In this document: piece after piece, positions 1 through 13,136 of the stretch
How positions within the stretch are numbered: the first letter of the stretch is position 1
Layout: the number at the start of each line of letters is the position of its first letter
NCBI RefSeq assembly: GCF_009914755.1
Contig: NC_060930.1
Length of the DNA: 64,000 nt
Source: the human T2T-CHM13v2.0 reference genome, Homo sapiens
Reading direction: 5' to 3' (one strand)
Translations under genes and position numbers: made by a program
The notes under the pieces: model-generated
The model's input: the letters and a program-made list of their open reading frames with translations, nothing else
Databases searched by the model: none
What the model was told of the DNA's origin: nothing

Positions 1-504
1 TTGCCTCTCTGAGAAGCAAAACTCACTCTTCCCCTTATTGAGAACCATAGACTTAGAAGTATGATTTATTTTTTTCTGCACCTGAAAGGAGTTCTATTTA
101 ATCTGAATTATAAAATGTAACTGAGAAATGTTCCAAACTTCCTTCAGATGTAGAAGAAATCCAAAAACAGACTGTTCTCCCACACCAAGTGTGAGAAAAT
201 TGCCCGACCACATATTACCAAGAGCAACTATCTTGTAGTTGACAGTGACTTCCCTGACCTTCGATTTTCTGCCACGGATGGAACATTCACCATACATTGT
301 ATCCTGATGGCACAAAAGCATGCCATGAGCAGTAACATACTTAGAGGATGTTAAGAATTCGGGGGAATTTTGTCATTCAGATATTTTTACGTAAAATATG
401 ACAAATGCATGAACTGTGGTACTAGAACCCAAGGGGGTTTGTGCCAGTGTGAAATGAGTAAGAGAGGAAACCAAAACCAAAAAAAAAAAAAAAAAAAAAA
501 AAGT

Positions 505-1757
505 GAATCCACCTGATCAACTGATTTTCAATAAAGGTTCCAGAGTAATTCAATGGAGGTATAAAAGTTTTTTCAACAGTGGTGCTAGATCAACTGGAAG
601 TCCATATGGAAAAAAAAAATTAACTTTTACCATACAACATTTACAAAAGTTAACTTGAAATAGAACACAGATCTAAACATAAAACCTAAAACTACAAAAA
701 TTCTTAGAAAGACACAGGGGCAAAAATCTTCACAACTTTGGAGTAAGCAAAGATAGAATATATATATATATATGATATTGGATTTCATCAAAACGTAAAA
801 CTTTTTCTTTTTGAAAAGTACCATTAATTATGTAAAAGGCTGGGGATAAATATTGGCAATACATCTAGCACACCAGAATTTGTATCCAGAATACATAAAG
901 AACTCTCACAACTAAAGAAGAAGACAAACAACTCAATTTTTTAAATGGGCAAAAAATTTGAATGAACATTTCACAAAAGGAAAGATATATAAATGGTCAA
1001 TAAGCCCAGGAAAAGACGCTTCATGTCACTGGTCATAAAGAAAATGCAAACCAAAGCCACAGAAAGATAACACTGCACATGCATGAGATTTTCTAACATG
1101 TAAAAGGTTGACCATACCAAGTGTCGGCAAGGATGAAGAGGGATGGGAACCTTCATGTAGCGCCAATGGGATGTAAAATGGGACAAACATTTTGGAAAAC
1201 AGTTCAGTCATTTCTTAAAATGTTAAAATACACCTACCATACCATCCAGTCATTCCAGTTCTAGCCATTGACCCACAAGATACAAACAAATGTGCCCACA
1301 TTTGAATATGAAAATATTCATAGCAGCTTTCTTTATAACCAAATACTTTGAAAAACTCAAAATTAAAATATATCCATACAGTGGAATACTACTCAGCAAT
1401 AAAAAGGAATGAACTATTAATATATGTAATAATATGGATGAATCTTAAAATTATTATGTCAAGTAGAAGAGACCAGGCAATAAAGACAATATACTATATG
1501 ATTCCATTTGTATAAATTCTATAACATGAAAACCAATTTGTAGTGATGGGAAGCAGGTTGGTGTTTCCTGGGGTTGATGTGGAAGGAGACATGAATTTCA
1601 AAAAGGTACAAGGAAATTTGTACACAGACAGACATGTTTGCTAACTTGATTGTGATGATGACTTTAAGGGTGTGTACCTGTGTCAAAACTGTTGAAATCG
1701 TAAACTTTAAATATACGTAGTTTATTGCACTTCAATTTTAGCTCAATAAAATAAAAA
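505..1757 (+). mobile_element. Old L1 (L1MD/L1ME-type): 3' end of ORF2 plus 3'UTR
   Basis: Diverged ORF2 3' motifs (caactgattttcaataaagg, aaacctaaaactac, tggaatactactcagcaataaaaaggaatgaac). Ends ctcaataaa. Preceded by an A24 run at 479-502. Confidence 0.85.
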
Positions 1758-1976
1758 GGAACAAGTTGTAGGAAAATAAAAAGTTTCATCTACCTAATAG
1801 AAATTGTGATGAAGGATACAATTCACCCCAAACATCTTTTATTCCAAAGTAACCACTAAAGACAATTTTGGTAAAGTTATATGTTGCATAAACATCCAAC
1901 CCATGACATAGCTGTGCTTGGGAACCAGTCTAACTAGTGTATCTTGACTTTCAGGCCAGAATTTAAAATAACAAAA

Positions 1977-1980
<4 letters not shown>

Positions 1981-2035
<55 letters not shown>

Positions 2036-2075
2036 CAAGAGAAAGCGAGAGAGCAAGAGAGAGAAGTGAGAGAGA
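1981..2075 (+). repeat. (CA)n microsatellite followed by a GA-rich tract
   Basis: Directly visible; about 24 CA units. Confidence 0.95.
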
Positions 2076-3223
2076 AAGACACCACAAAATTCTATTGCAA
2101 AGCAAAAATCACCTGTGTTACAATTATTTCCTTCTGCCGTCCTCTGCATTCTTTCTTTATTTGAGGCTGTCATAGTTCTGTCCTATTTTTGTTCAAAAAA
2201 TAGCTAATCTTTTTTAAATAAAATGATACACCCTTACAGAGTGAAGTATTTGAGCTGGGTTTATATTAATGCTTCAACAAATACCAAGTGTTACAAAAGT
2301 TTAGAAATCTTGGGCATGCATTAATAAAGTGAATTCTATGTGCTTTATATTTTATGCTTGGGAAACCCAAACTGAAGCAAAATTATATTTAGTTGCTGTT
2401 GTAAAGGTGCCAGACCTGAAAAAGGTATACTCTGAGTGAGGTCTCACTCATGTCCCTAATGTAAGCTAAGTCAAACAATAAATGCACTTAATATTATTTG
2501 AGTCACAACAGAGAGATTAAGTTAACAACCAAAAAAATCCGGATTTATATTTTCCCTTATCTGGCCTCTTGGGGCATCTTTTCTCTGAAAAAAAAAAAAA
2601 AAAAGGGCTGAAAACCAACAAACTAGGACTTGAATACTTGTTAGGTGTATTGTATTTTTGCACTCATAAAATAAAGGACTGTAATTCTGTAGCTTATAAT
2701 CACATTTTGTGCTTCTCTTTGTTTCTCTCTCACAATGGTGAATTGTTTATTATGTCACAGGTTAAGCATTATATAGATTTAGGGTGAGCTGACCAATGCT
2801 GACACAATATCAGGCTCTTACATCAGAACTTCAGTATTACTACATCTGGCCAGTGTAGACATAAGTGAACACATTATTTGCAAAGACATTATGCTTTTTT
2901 CTTTTTGCTCCAAGATCAGCAAATGCCTTGATGCAAATGATGTTATAATCCAGAAGAAGGGTTAGCACTTAGGAAGCAAAATAAGGCAAAAGAAATAAAA
3001 CAGGTCAGAATGAAGGAAGAAGAAAGACAATACGGAAGCAAACAAGACACAAGATAAACCTAACAAAAATCTAAATTTAAAAAGCAAGCAGACCATAAGC
3101 AAGTAGACTCCAAAAAGTAGGAGCATAAATATCAAGAGTTGCACACAAATATAAGCAAACTTATTCTAATTATTTTTTAAAATGGAAGTAATGATAGCCA
3201 AGACAAAGAACATACTGTGATTT

Positions 3224-3225
<2 letters not shown>

Positions 3226-3265
<40 letters not shown>
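3226..3265 (+). repeat. (CA)n microsatellite
   Basis: Directly visible; about 20 units. Confidence 0.95.
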
Positions 3266-3267
<2 letters not shown>

Positions 3268-3282
3268 AACAAGGGAGACACA

Positions 3283-3480
3283 CTGAATTTGAAGCATAGC
3301 TTTATAACTTTTTATCCCTGTGGTCTTGGCCAAGCCATTTAACTCTATTCTCCTTCAGATTTTTCTGTTTAATCAGAGTAATAACAACACAATCAAAGGA
3401 AAGTTGCTATATGAATTGAATAAGATAATGCTGATTGAGCCCTTAAGACAGATCAAGGAGCATTATATACCCAATAAAGT
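3283..3480 (+). mobile_element. MIR fragment
   Basis: Core-like gtggtcttggccaagccatttaactct...gaattgaataagataatg. Confidence 0.55.
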
Positions 3481-3890
3481 GTAGATACTTTTATAAATTT
3501 ATTTAGGATCTATAACAGAGAAAAATCTAATGCCATACAGCAACAAATCAGTTACGCTAAAGAAACATTACTACTACATGTCTACATCAAAAGAATCTAT
3601 AAAATGTGGCAATAGTCATGTAAGGGAAACTGAGAAAATAGTCCTAATAATCTACAATGATATAGTTCATCCAAATGATTAATGGCAGAGATATTACAGG
3701 AAAGAGAAGGGACCCGAAATGAAATTAGTGTTATTCAAATTATTTTCTTGACTTAAAAAAGTTTCAATATAGATTCACAGAGGGCCCAGAGAACCACCCA
3801 AAAAGAATCCCTAAAGAAAGATACCACCTTTTTGCCATGTTTTTAAATCTAAAAGATAAAAATCATATTTTACCAGCTGCAAATAAGAAG

Positions 3891-4545
<655 letters not shown>

Positions 4546-4622
4546 CCTGACCCACAGAAACGATGAAATAACAAATTCATGTTCTGCGGTAATTTGCTAT
4601 ACAGCAAGAGAAATCTAAAACA
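4546..4622 (+). mobile_element. MLT1 (MaLR) LTR 3' terminus
   Basis: cctgacccacagaaac...gtaatttgctatacagcaagagaaatctaaaaca resembles the MLT1 3' end. Confidence 0.6.
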
Positions 4623-5253
4623 CTATCCTTAGCACTAAAAAATTATTTATTTTCTCTGATTTTCTTTGTATGAATCTAGTTAGAATGACATTTCATCTTC
4701 TGAGTTCTTGGCATAAGTGATTGCTATTTTTTTTGCTTTAAATGAGTTAGAGTGATTAACATCTTCAAGATACATGAAACCAGCGTAGCACAGGAAAACT
4801 CGTACCGCAGAGCTAACACAACTTGCATTCATCTAGGCAGTCATTCTGAGCTCACCAGTCATGGAAAGCCTTTGCTTCTCCCTAATTATTTACAAAGTCA
4901 TCTTGAATTATGAAGGTGTAAATGTAGTAGGAAAAAAAAGAGAAACATGCGTGGTTAAACTAGGCTGACTGAATTTTTATTAGCCTGAAAAATCAGAACA
5001 AAGAACTTGGTAGCTTCCCCTAAACTCCTTTTATGGTCTCTAAGTTGTCCACCCACAGAATCTACAAGCCTGACCAGAAGGCTGCTTGGTTCAACTATTT
5101 AGTTCTCCAAACTTTGGCGCTATGCTGTGAATCAAAGCCTCATAAGGATTTCTCTGACATACTCTCCAGCTTCTGAGTTTACATATGCCACTTGGGGTGT
5201 CTGGGTAATGGGATAATTGTTTCTCATTCTTGAAAAAAACTGTATTTACCAAA

Positions 5254-5614
5254 TGTATTAGTCCATTTTCATACTGCTATGAAGCAATACCAGAGACTGA
5301 GTAATTTATAAAGAAAAAGGGGTTTAATGGACTCACAGTTCCACATGGATGAGGCGGCCTCACAATCATGGCTGAAAGCAAAAAAGGAGCAAAGGCATGT
5401 CTTACATGGAGGCAGACAAGAGAGCGTGCTCAGGTGAACTGCTCTTTATAAAACCATCAGATCTTGTGAGATGTATTCACTATCATGAGAATAGCACAAG
5501 GAAAACCCACCCCCATGATTCAATTACCTCCCACTGGGTACCTCCAACACGTGGGGATTATAGGAACTATAATTCAAGATGAGATTTGCGTGGGAACACA
5601 GCCAAACCATATTG
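5254..5614 (-). mobile_element. THE1 (THE1C-like) MaLR solo LTR
   Basis: tgtattagtccattttcatactgct...cacagccaaaccatat; 5-bp TSD ccaaa/ccaag. Confidence 0.92.
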
Positions 5615-5743
5615 CCAAGGATCTCAAATATTTATGAGTTCAAAAAGATACCATGTTTCTGGTCTTCAGAGGGCCACAGCTAAACCATCACAAAATGTAG
5701 ACACTCATCATATTTTTCAGGCAACAGTCAATTCTGTATAAAT

Positions 5744-5959
5744 CAGGGTTCCTCAATCTTGGCACCACTGACATTTTGGGCTGGATCATTCTTTACTATG
5801 GGAGCTGCCCTCTGCATTGTAGGATGTAGGATGCTTAGCAGCATCCTTGGCCTCTAGATGATTGTAGCACCCCTCTTCCCCAGTTGTGACATCCAAAAAT
5901 AGTCTAGACATCACCCAATGTCTCCTAGGGAACATAAGAGCCCCAGTTGAGAATCACTG
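5744..5959 (-). mobile_element. MER20 (hAT-Charlie MITE), complete
   Basis: Terminal cagggttcctcaa...ttgagaatcactg; 8-bp TSD gtataaat/gtataaac. Confidence 0.9.
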
Positions 5960-6079
5960 GTATAAACTCACCAAATAGGTGGTCAAATCTCTGCATGCAT
6001 TTGAAAAGTCACCATGGGAAGACTGGGTGGTGACCATTTCTATGTCTATAGCAAGCATCCACCAACTTTTTTAGGATTT

Positions 6080-6390
6080 TGTTTCCCAAAACACTAGCCA
6101 TGAGCCACATGTGGCTATTGAACTCCTGACATGTGGCTAGTCTGAAATGAGATATGTTGGGAGTATAAAACAAACACCAATTTCAAGGACTTTGTATTTT
6201 AAAAAGTTAAAAGATTTCATAGATTTTATATAGATTACATGTTGAAATAAAATATTTTGGATATACTAGCTTAAATAAAATATATTATTAAAATTAATTA
6301 TATTTGCTTCTTTCTACTGTTTGAATGTGACTACTGGAGAATTTGAAATTACATAAGTGATTTGCATTATACTTGTATTGGATGGTTCTG
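6080..6390 (-). mobile_element. MER33 (hAT-Charlie)
   Basis: agccacatgtggctattga...aaataaaatatattattaaaattaatt...tattggatggttctg. Confidence 0.82.
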
Positions 6391-9300
6391 TTCCAGGAAG
6401 CCAAAGCTCTTTGCATGTGAAGTAATTTTGTTCCTCATTAAGCCAACAGTATTTGAAGAATGCCCCGTGTGTGTGCACCTAGGAATATAGTGGTTGCTTT
6501 TCACCCCACCTATATGAGATACATTTATTTATGCCAAGTATTGTCATTTTATTTTGCAGATATAAAAGTAGAAACTCAAAAGATAAATCCCTAGAGCAAT
6601 TCTCCCAATTGCAATGCCAAAAGTAATTAAATACAACCTATTGCTCCTCATCACCAAGTAGTTTTCAGTCACCAGACATATATGTCCCTGGAATCATAGC
6701 ATGTTTCTTGTACTATAATTATTATAGAGGTAAAAATCAAATTCCCAATAAAACAATTTTCAGACACCTTAGAACAATAAAGTCAGCATTTGGTAAGAGA
6801 AAATAAAAATATTTTTATTTGTTGGGACACTCAGACAGCATTATTTTGTATAATAATTTATCACATGTTGAAAAAAGGAAAAACATTTTTCTTCTCATTT
6901 CCCATCACTTTTAGATTCCTTTTGTGAAGACTCATTGTGGTCGATGCAGGCTCCTGACTTTTTATGTATACCTAATTTGCATAATATGCTAGGGGTGCCT
7001 CATGGGATACTAAACTTAAGACCAACTGAGTTAATTTACTTTCTTAACTCAGGTTTGAGTGGGCACTAAACTTAAAATCAACTGAGTTAATTTGCTACCT
7101 TAAGTCAGAGAATTAGAATCATGGCTGTCCCAATTTTTTCCAAGTATCATTGTTATCATGATCATTTGACTAAGTACAGCTCCAAAATTTGTGTCTACTC
7201 TTTCTGTTAGAAGCAGAACCAAAAACACAGTAAGGGAAAGACTCCACATTTTTTTAAAATTGTGAACAAGAGTGAAAGGTAGCAACTATAGCTGAAATTA
7301 TTAAGTTATGTTAGAGTAGCTCATGATGCAACACTTTCCTAGCTAATACTATAATCTTCAAAAAGACCCACTACTCGTCTAGAGGAAGGCACTATTATAT
7401 CCCTTCAGATATACCCCAGCTGAGAAATGCTGCATGCCTCCAAACAGTTGAAGAAGACACCGAGAGAAGAGACACCTGCCACTGAGCCCAGTTGACAGCA
7501 ACCCTGCACGGGAAGACTCATGTCAGAGGAAGGAAGGAGTTAGGAGAAGCCTCCTTGTGCACCTGAGTGCCACGTGCCCGAAAGCAGCATTGTATTATCC
7601 CCCCAGAGCATGCGATTTAAGTCAGGAACAAGATTACTGGCATGGGTATGTATTTACTTACTCATACTCACTTACCTAGTCATTTGTTCTCTCATTTTTC
7701 AAAAATTATGTGCCAGGCACTATGCTAAATGTCCTGTGTTTCCTGGTGAAAGAAAGTGGCAAGTAGGCAGCAGTAGGCAATAATCAACACTAGACAATTA
7801 CTAATACTATACTAAAAAATGATTCTCAACTTAAATTTGAATACCCACAAATGGGAGCACTGAGCTATCCGTGTTTTTCAGAAAGTTTCTTCATGCTAGG
7901 AGTATTCTATCCTGCTCTTTGTGCTGCAAGTGTTCATGGCCTAGATCTTTCACAATTCAACCATCACATTCAATAATTATTTAATTCAATTTATTTTCCT
8001 GAAGATAGTTAAATTGGTCAATGTGTTTTCCTCTTTGGTGTTAATACACAATTCATTGGTATGAGGATATCTGTAGTAACTAATAAAAACTGCTTCTTGT
8101 TTTTATTACATCAATTGGAGGTATTCCATTAATTCACAAATTTGATATTTTTAACATCATACATTTAAGGAAACACATGAAAACTTGATGAATTGCACAC
8201 AATTGAAATTGAATGAGTTATATCAATCCATAAATTTGGTTGTTTCTCACATCATGCATTCATGGGAATGTGTGAGAACTTTACAACCTGTTCCCAGTTG
8301 TGATTTGTAGGTGGTAGATTAGCTTGTATGATGTGTTTTTAGTCATGAAAGCATCTGACCAAAACATGCCAGAGAGTCTATTCCTAATCATCAGATAGCT
8401 CAGCTGTGCAAAGCCTAACAAGAGATTTCCTTCCACATTTCCTTACAATTCTGACCTCTCCTTTCTAATATCCACCAAATCATTTTAAATTCCATAAATG
8501 TTCAAAGAAGCATGTACCCCAAATTAGAAACACTATTCCAGTTTCATTTCTCTAGCAGGCATTTATGGAGGCCAAATTTTACTGTTGTGGGGCTTGGAAT
8601 TGAGAGTTAGTAATAAGCAATGAAACAACACCAAGCTCAAGTAAGTCCAAGGTAAGATTTGATCTGCAGGCGTGGTGCTTCTTAGAAGTGGGTTCTAGTG
8701 AGAAATGTAACTCATGCCAATAAAATTAACTCCAGAATTCAGTGCTCAAGGCTCTGCTACACAAAAATTCCATTTATTGCAAATTGTGCTATTTCCAATT
8801 TCTTTTAGTAATAAAATGCATGAATAGCCCAAAAAGGCTATAAATAGTCAACAATGCCAAGAGGTTTTTATCAGAAGCTCTGGTAGAGCGAAGGGACCAG
8901 AGCTCTCTGATCTCTTTCTCTCTTCCCTAGGGCAATACTCCACAATAACTCACTAATCATTAATAATTCTTTTGCCCATTTAGTTTCAATGAATACATAA
9001 ATCAACTATTTACTCTAGGACGAGACATGGGAAATTGTTTGAAGCCAAAATTCTTTTGGGCATCAACATTATGTAAATTATATCCCCTTCTGTTTGAATT
9101 CTGAATAAGTGAAAGAAAGGAGGGAGAAAAAGAAAATAAGATTCAATGATAGGTAATTTGTTCTGTACCTGTGTTTATCTGATGTCACACTTTCCTAGGT
9201 TGGTTCGATAGTATATCGGTAAAACAAAAGAACATGATACCTACTGACTTTTGACAAGGATGAATGATATGGCTTGTTATCAGGGTGAGCAGTTTTTGTG

Positions 9301-10254
9301 TTTCCATTTCATCATTTCATTTTATCCTTAAGCTGCTCAGTAGTTCAAAAATAAATTATTTAGTTTAGGTAGACAAAGACAGTAGATGCTATTATTTTAT
9401 TTACTGTCCTCAACACTATATTAAAACAACTTAAAAGTATGACATTAAATAAACAAAGGAATAAGAGAGATTACTTAAGGTTCAGAATCTTATTATCAGC
9501 ATCACTTTATTAAAAAAATTAGAAAGAAGATGAAATGCAACTAAAATAATAAAACAAGCAGACATAATACTATCTAATATAAAATATTTAAAGGGTAAAA
9601 CCATTTGCCCCTTCAAAGCAAACAAATTCAATGATTAAATGACTGATATGACTGATTTTTTTCCATACAAAATGCAAAAATGATATCTTTCAATGCAATA
9701 TTAGTGTTACAATCTCATTTAGGTAGCTTTTAAAATGCCATCTTCAACAGATCTAACATAGTATAATCCCTTCTGAAAACCCTAAGGCAGTTATATAATA
9801 TAAACAACTCAGAAAAGTGTCAAAGTTTTATTTCTTCTATCCCTAGGCATTTTCAGAACTTAATTTTCTTAAAAATTCCTCACTATCACCAAATTTTAAT
9901 GTATGACTGAAGAGTTTTAGAAAACCCTGTCTCTCTGTTCCAGGCAACACTTTCCTTTTGAAACTATCTCTATGTCTACTGTGGTTTCTATAGTGACAAT
10001 TTTGTATTGGTTTCATTGTTGAGAAGATCTTGGGTAAATTCAATAGGAGTGGAGATTGTTTCACCTTGCCAGTTCGCTTTGAATTAAGAGTAGTGTGGCA
10101 GTTAAAAAACAGATTTCCTCTGAAAATAGGATTCCCAATTATGGCTTCCTAGAAATGAAGAGAGTTATGTTATAGAAGAAAATATGTTTAGAATAAATTT
10201 GGTGAGTAAAAATTTATATGTCTGTCTTGGAGGAATAATCCCCTCAAAAAAAGA

Positions 10255-10372
10255 AAAAAATGTATATATATATAAAACATATCTCACATATAAAAACATA
10301 TCTCATATATAATATATATCTCATAATCTCATAATATATAATAAATATATATAAGTACATATATAAATGTAT
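10255..10372. repeat. AT-rich / (TA)n low-complexity tract
   Basis: Directly visible. Confidence 0.85.
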
Positions 10373-11196
10373 GCAGTAGAACTTTAGAATCACAGGCTGG
10401 AAGATATCAAGATTGTTTAATCTACTCTTGTTAAATATACAGTTACACAAAGAGAATATTTAAGAAACAAAGAAAATTTTTTGCTTTCTGGTGATATGCT
10501 TCATAGAAGCATCAATGATACCTACATGAGAAATAAGCAGAGACAGGCATCAAGGAGGAGAATTTTTTTCTCAGTTCCAACACATTGGAGATAAAAATTA
10601 ATAGGCAAAGTGTATCAAAAAAAACAGATGCTCTGCTGAAAAGGCCTTCAGGCTGAATCGCATCAGCTGGCTTTCTCTGGTGAGGCAAGACTTCAGCGAC
10701 TCAGAGAATAATTGCTACATACCCCAGTCGAAGCATTTTACTGTACCTGGCTCTATGCTCAAGCAACCATCCATTGATGGGAAGGGGGTTATGTGGGGGC
10801 TGGATGACAGACAGAGGATGCATGCCATTTTAGATTATATCCTTTTTAATTCATAGAGTGCTGTATGTCTACTTCCTAAATGAACAGAAGCCTCAACAAT
10901 TCCTTGCTTTGCTTTTTAACCTAGCAAAGCAGTAACAAGTGTTAATTGTCGCATCTTAGGACTCCAGGAAAAAGTGTGCTGCAGCTCTTAAATGCATAAT
11001 AGGTGTGCATGTCAACAAAAAAACAGAGCAATCAGAACATTACAGTTGAAAAGAAAATAGAAATGATTAAAACAATCTCCACATACACACAATTTATTAC
11101 GACATTAACAAAGCAAAAGAATGCAAGGACTTTATGAAAAGTGTTTTACCCTAAGCAATGATATCCTCTTTGTGTCTACCACAGTATTGCCTAGTA

Positions 11197-11378
11197 CAGT
11201 GGTTCTCAAAGTATGGTCCCTGGGCCAGCAATATCAGCGTCACCTAGGACCTTGTTTGACATGGGAATTCTCAGACCCTACCACAGACATACTGTATTAG
11301 AAACTCTGAAGCCTGCAATCTGTGTCGTAACAAGCCCTGTAGGCAATTCTCTTGCCTGCTAAAGTTTGAGAAGCTCTA
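11197..11378 (+). mobile_element. MER5A
   Basis: cagtggttctcaaagtatggtccc...aaagtttgagaagctct; TSD gcctagta/gcttagta. Confidence 0.9.
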
Positions 11379-11386
11379 GCTTAGTA

Positions 11387-11546
11387 CAGTTCTTGAATTT
11401 GAGTGTATCGTAAACACTGTATGCACATTAATAGTTCTGATTCACCAGGACTTGTTCCCCAGAAAATCTGACTCAATAGACATTTTTAATCACACCTCAG
11501 GTCATTCTGATCCAGCTAAACAACTGCCCACAATTTGCAAACACTG
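11387..11546. mobile_element. Older MER5-family element (MER5B-like) abutting MER5A
   Basis: tttaatcacacctcaggtcattctgat...caatttgcaaacactg. Confidence 0.55.
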
Positions 11547-11575
11547 GCTTAATGTTTAAGAATGTGCTGCTGTTT

Positions 11576-11765
11576 GGCTGGGTGTGGTGGCTCATGCCTG
11601 TAATCCCAGCACTTTGTGAGGTGTGGTGGGCAGATTGCTTCAGCCCAGGAGTTCAAGACCAGCCTGGGTAACATGGCAAAACCCTATCTCTATGAAAGGC
11701 AAAAAAAAAAAAAAAAAAAAAAAAAAATTCTAATTTTAAATTTTAAAAAGTTAAAAAAAAAGGTT
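11576..11765 (+). mobile_element. FLAM_C / free left Alu monomer
   Basis: Left arm only (ttgcttcagcccaggagttcaagacc) with A tail; TSD aagaatgtgct on both sides. Confidence 0.85.
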
Positions 11766-11811
11766 AAAGAATGTGCTCCTTGGAGTGTGTTGGTGTGGTA
11801 AACCATGATTA

Positions 11812-11988
<177 letters not shown>

Positions 11989-12063
11989 TCAGCCTGTTTA
12001 TCTGTAAATAATAATAATACCTATTTCAAAGGCCTGTAGTGAGAATCAGGTGTCTGGCACCTG

Positions 12064-13136
12064 ATTTAGGTTGATTCTATGTCTTTGCTATTGTGAATAG
12101 TGCTACAATGAACACTCATGTGCATGCACCTTTATGGTAGAATGATTTATATTCTTCTGGGTATATACCCAGTAATGGGATTGCTGGGTCAAATGGCAGT
12201 TCTGCTTTTAGCTCTTTGAGGAATTGCCATGCTGCTTTCCACAGTGGCTTAACTAATTCACACTTCCACCAACAGCGCATAAGTGTTCCGTTTTCTCTGC
12301 AACCTCACCAGCATCTGTTATTTTTTGACTTTTTAATAATAGCCATTCTGACCGGTGTGAGACAGTATCTCGTTGTGGGTTTGATTTGCATTTCTCTAAT
12401 GATCAGTGATACTGAGCTTTTCTTCATATGCTTCTTGGCCACATGTATGTCTTCTTTTGAAAAGTGTCTGTTCATGTCCTTTGCCCACTTTTTAGTGGAG
12501 TTGTTTTTCCTTAGTAAATTTGTTTTAAGTTTCTTACAGATGTTGAATATTTGGCCTTTGTCAAATGCATAATTTGCAAGTATTTTCTCTCATTCTGTGG
12601 GTTGCCTGTTTACTCGGTTGATAGTTTCTTTTGCAGTGCGGAAGCTCTTAAGTTTAATTAGATCCTATTTGTCAATTTTGGCTTTTGTTGCAGTTGCTTT
12701 TGGTGTCTTTGTCATGAAATCTTTGCCCATTCCAATGTCCAGGATGGTATTGCCTAAGTTGTCTTCCAGGGTTTTTATAGTTTTGAGTTTTACATTTAAG
12801 TCTTTAATCCATCTTGAGTTGATTTTTGTATATGGTGTAAGGAAGGGATCCACTTCCAATCTTCCGCATATGGCTAGACAGTTATCCCAGGACTATATAT
12901 TGAATAGGGAGTCTTTTCCCCATTGCTTGTTTTTATCAACTCTGTTGAAGATCAGATGGTCGTAGGTGTGTGGCCTTATTTCTGGGCTCTCCATTCCGTT
13001 CCATTGGTCTATTTTAAAATTCAAATGGAACCAAAAAACAGCCCAAATAGTCAAGACAATTCTAAGCAAAAAGAACAAAGCTGGACATCATGTTACTGAA
13101 CTTCAAACTATACTACAGGGGTACAATAACCAAAAC
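12064..13136 (-). mobile_element. Old L1PA/L1PB-type ORF2 fragment with an inverted 5' segment (13009-13136 on +)
   Basis: ORF 12665..12859 (-) [21 protein letters not shown]...[26 protein letters not shown] is L1 ORF2p. The + segment encodes ILKFKWNQK...ILSKKNKAG. Confidence 0.93.

Noticed and set aside
2433-2450. Short palindromes tgagtgag-gt-ctcactca and tggtaagcttacca (16451-16464)
   Set aside because: Arms of 7-8 bp are expected by chance in 64 kb
12216-12965. 118-aa and 122-aa + strand ORFs
   Set aside because: Antisense readings of L1 ORF2, a well-known artefact
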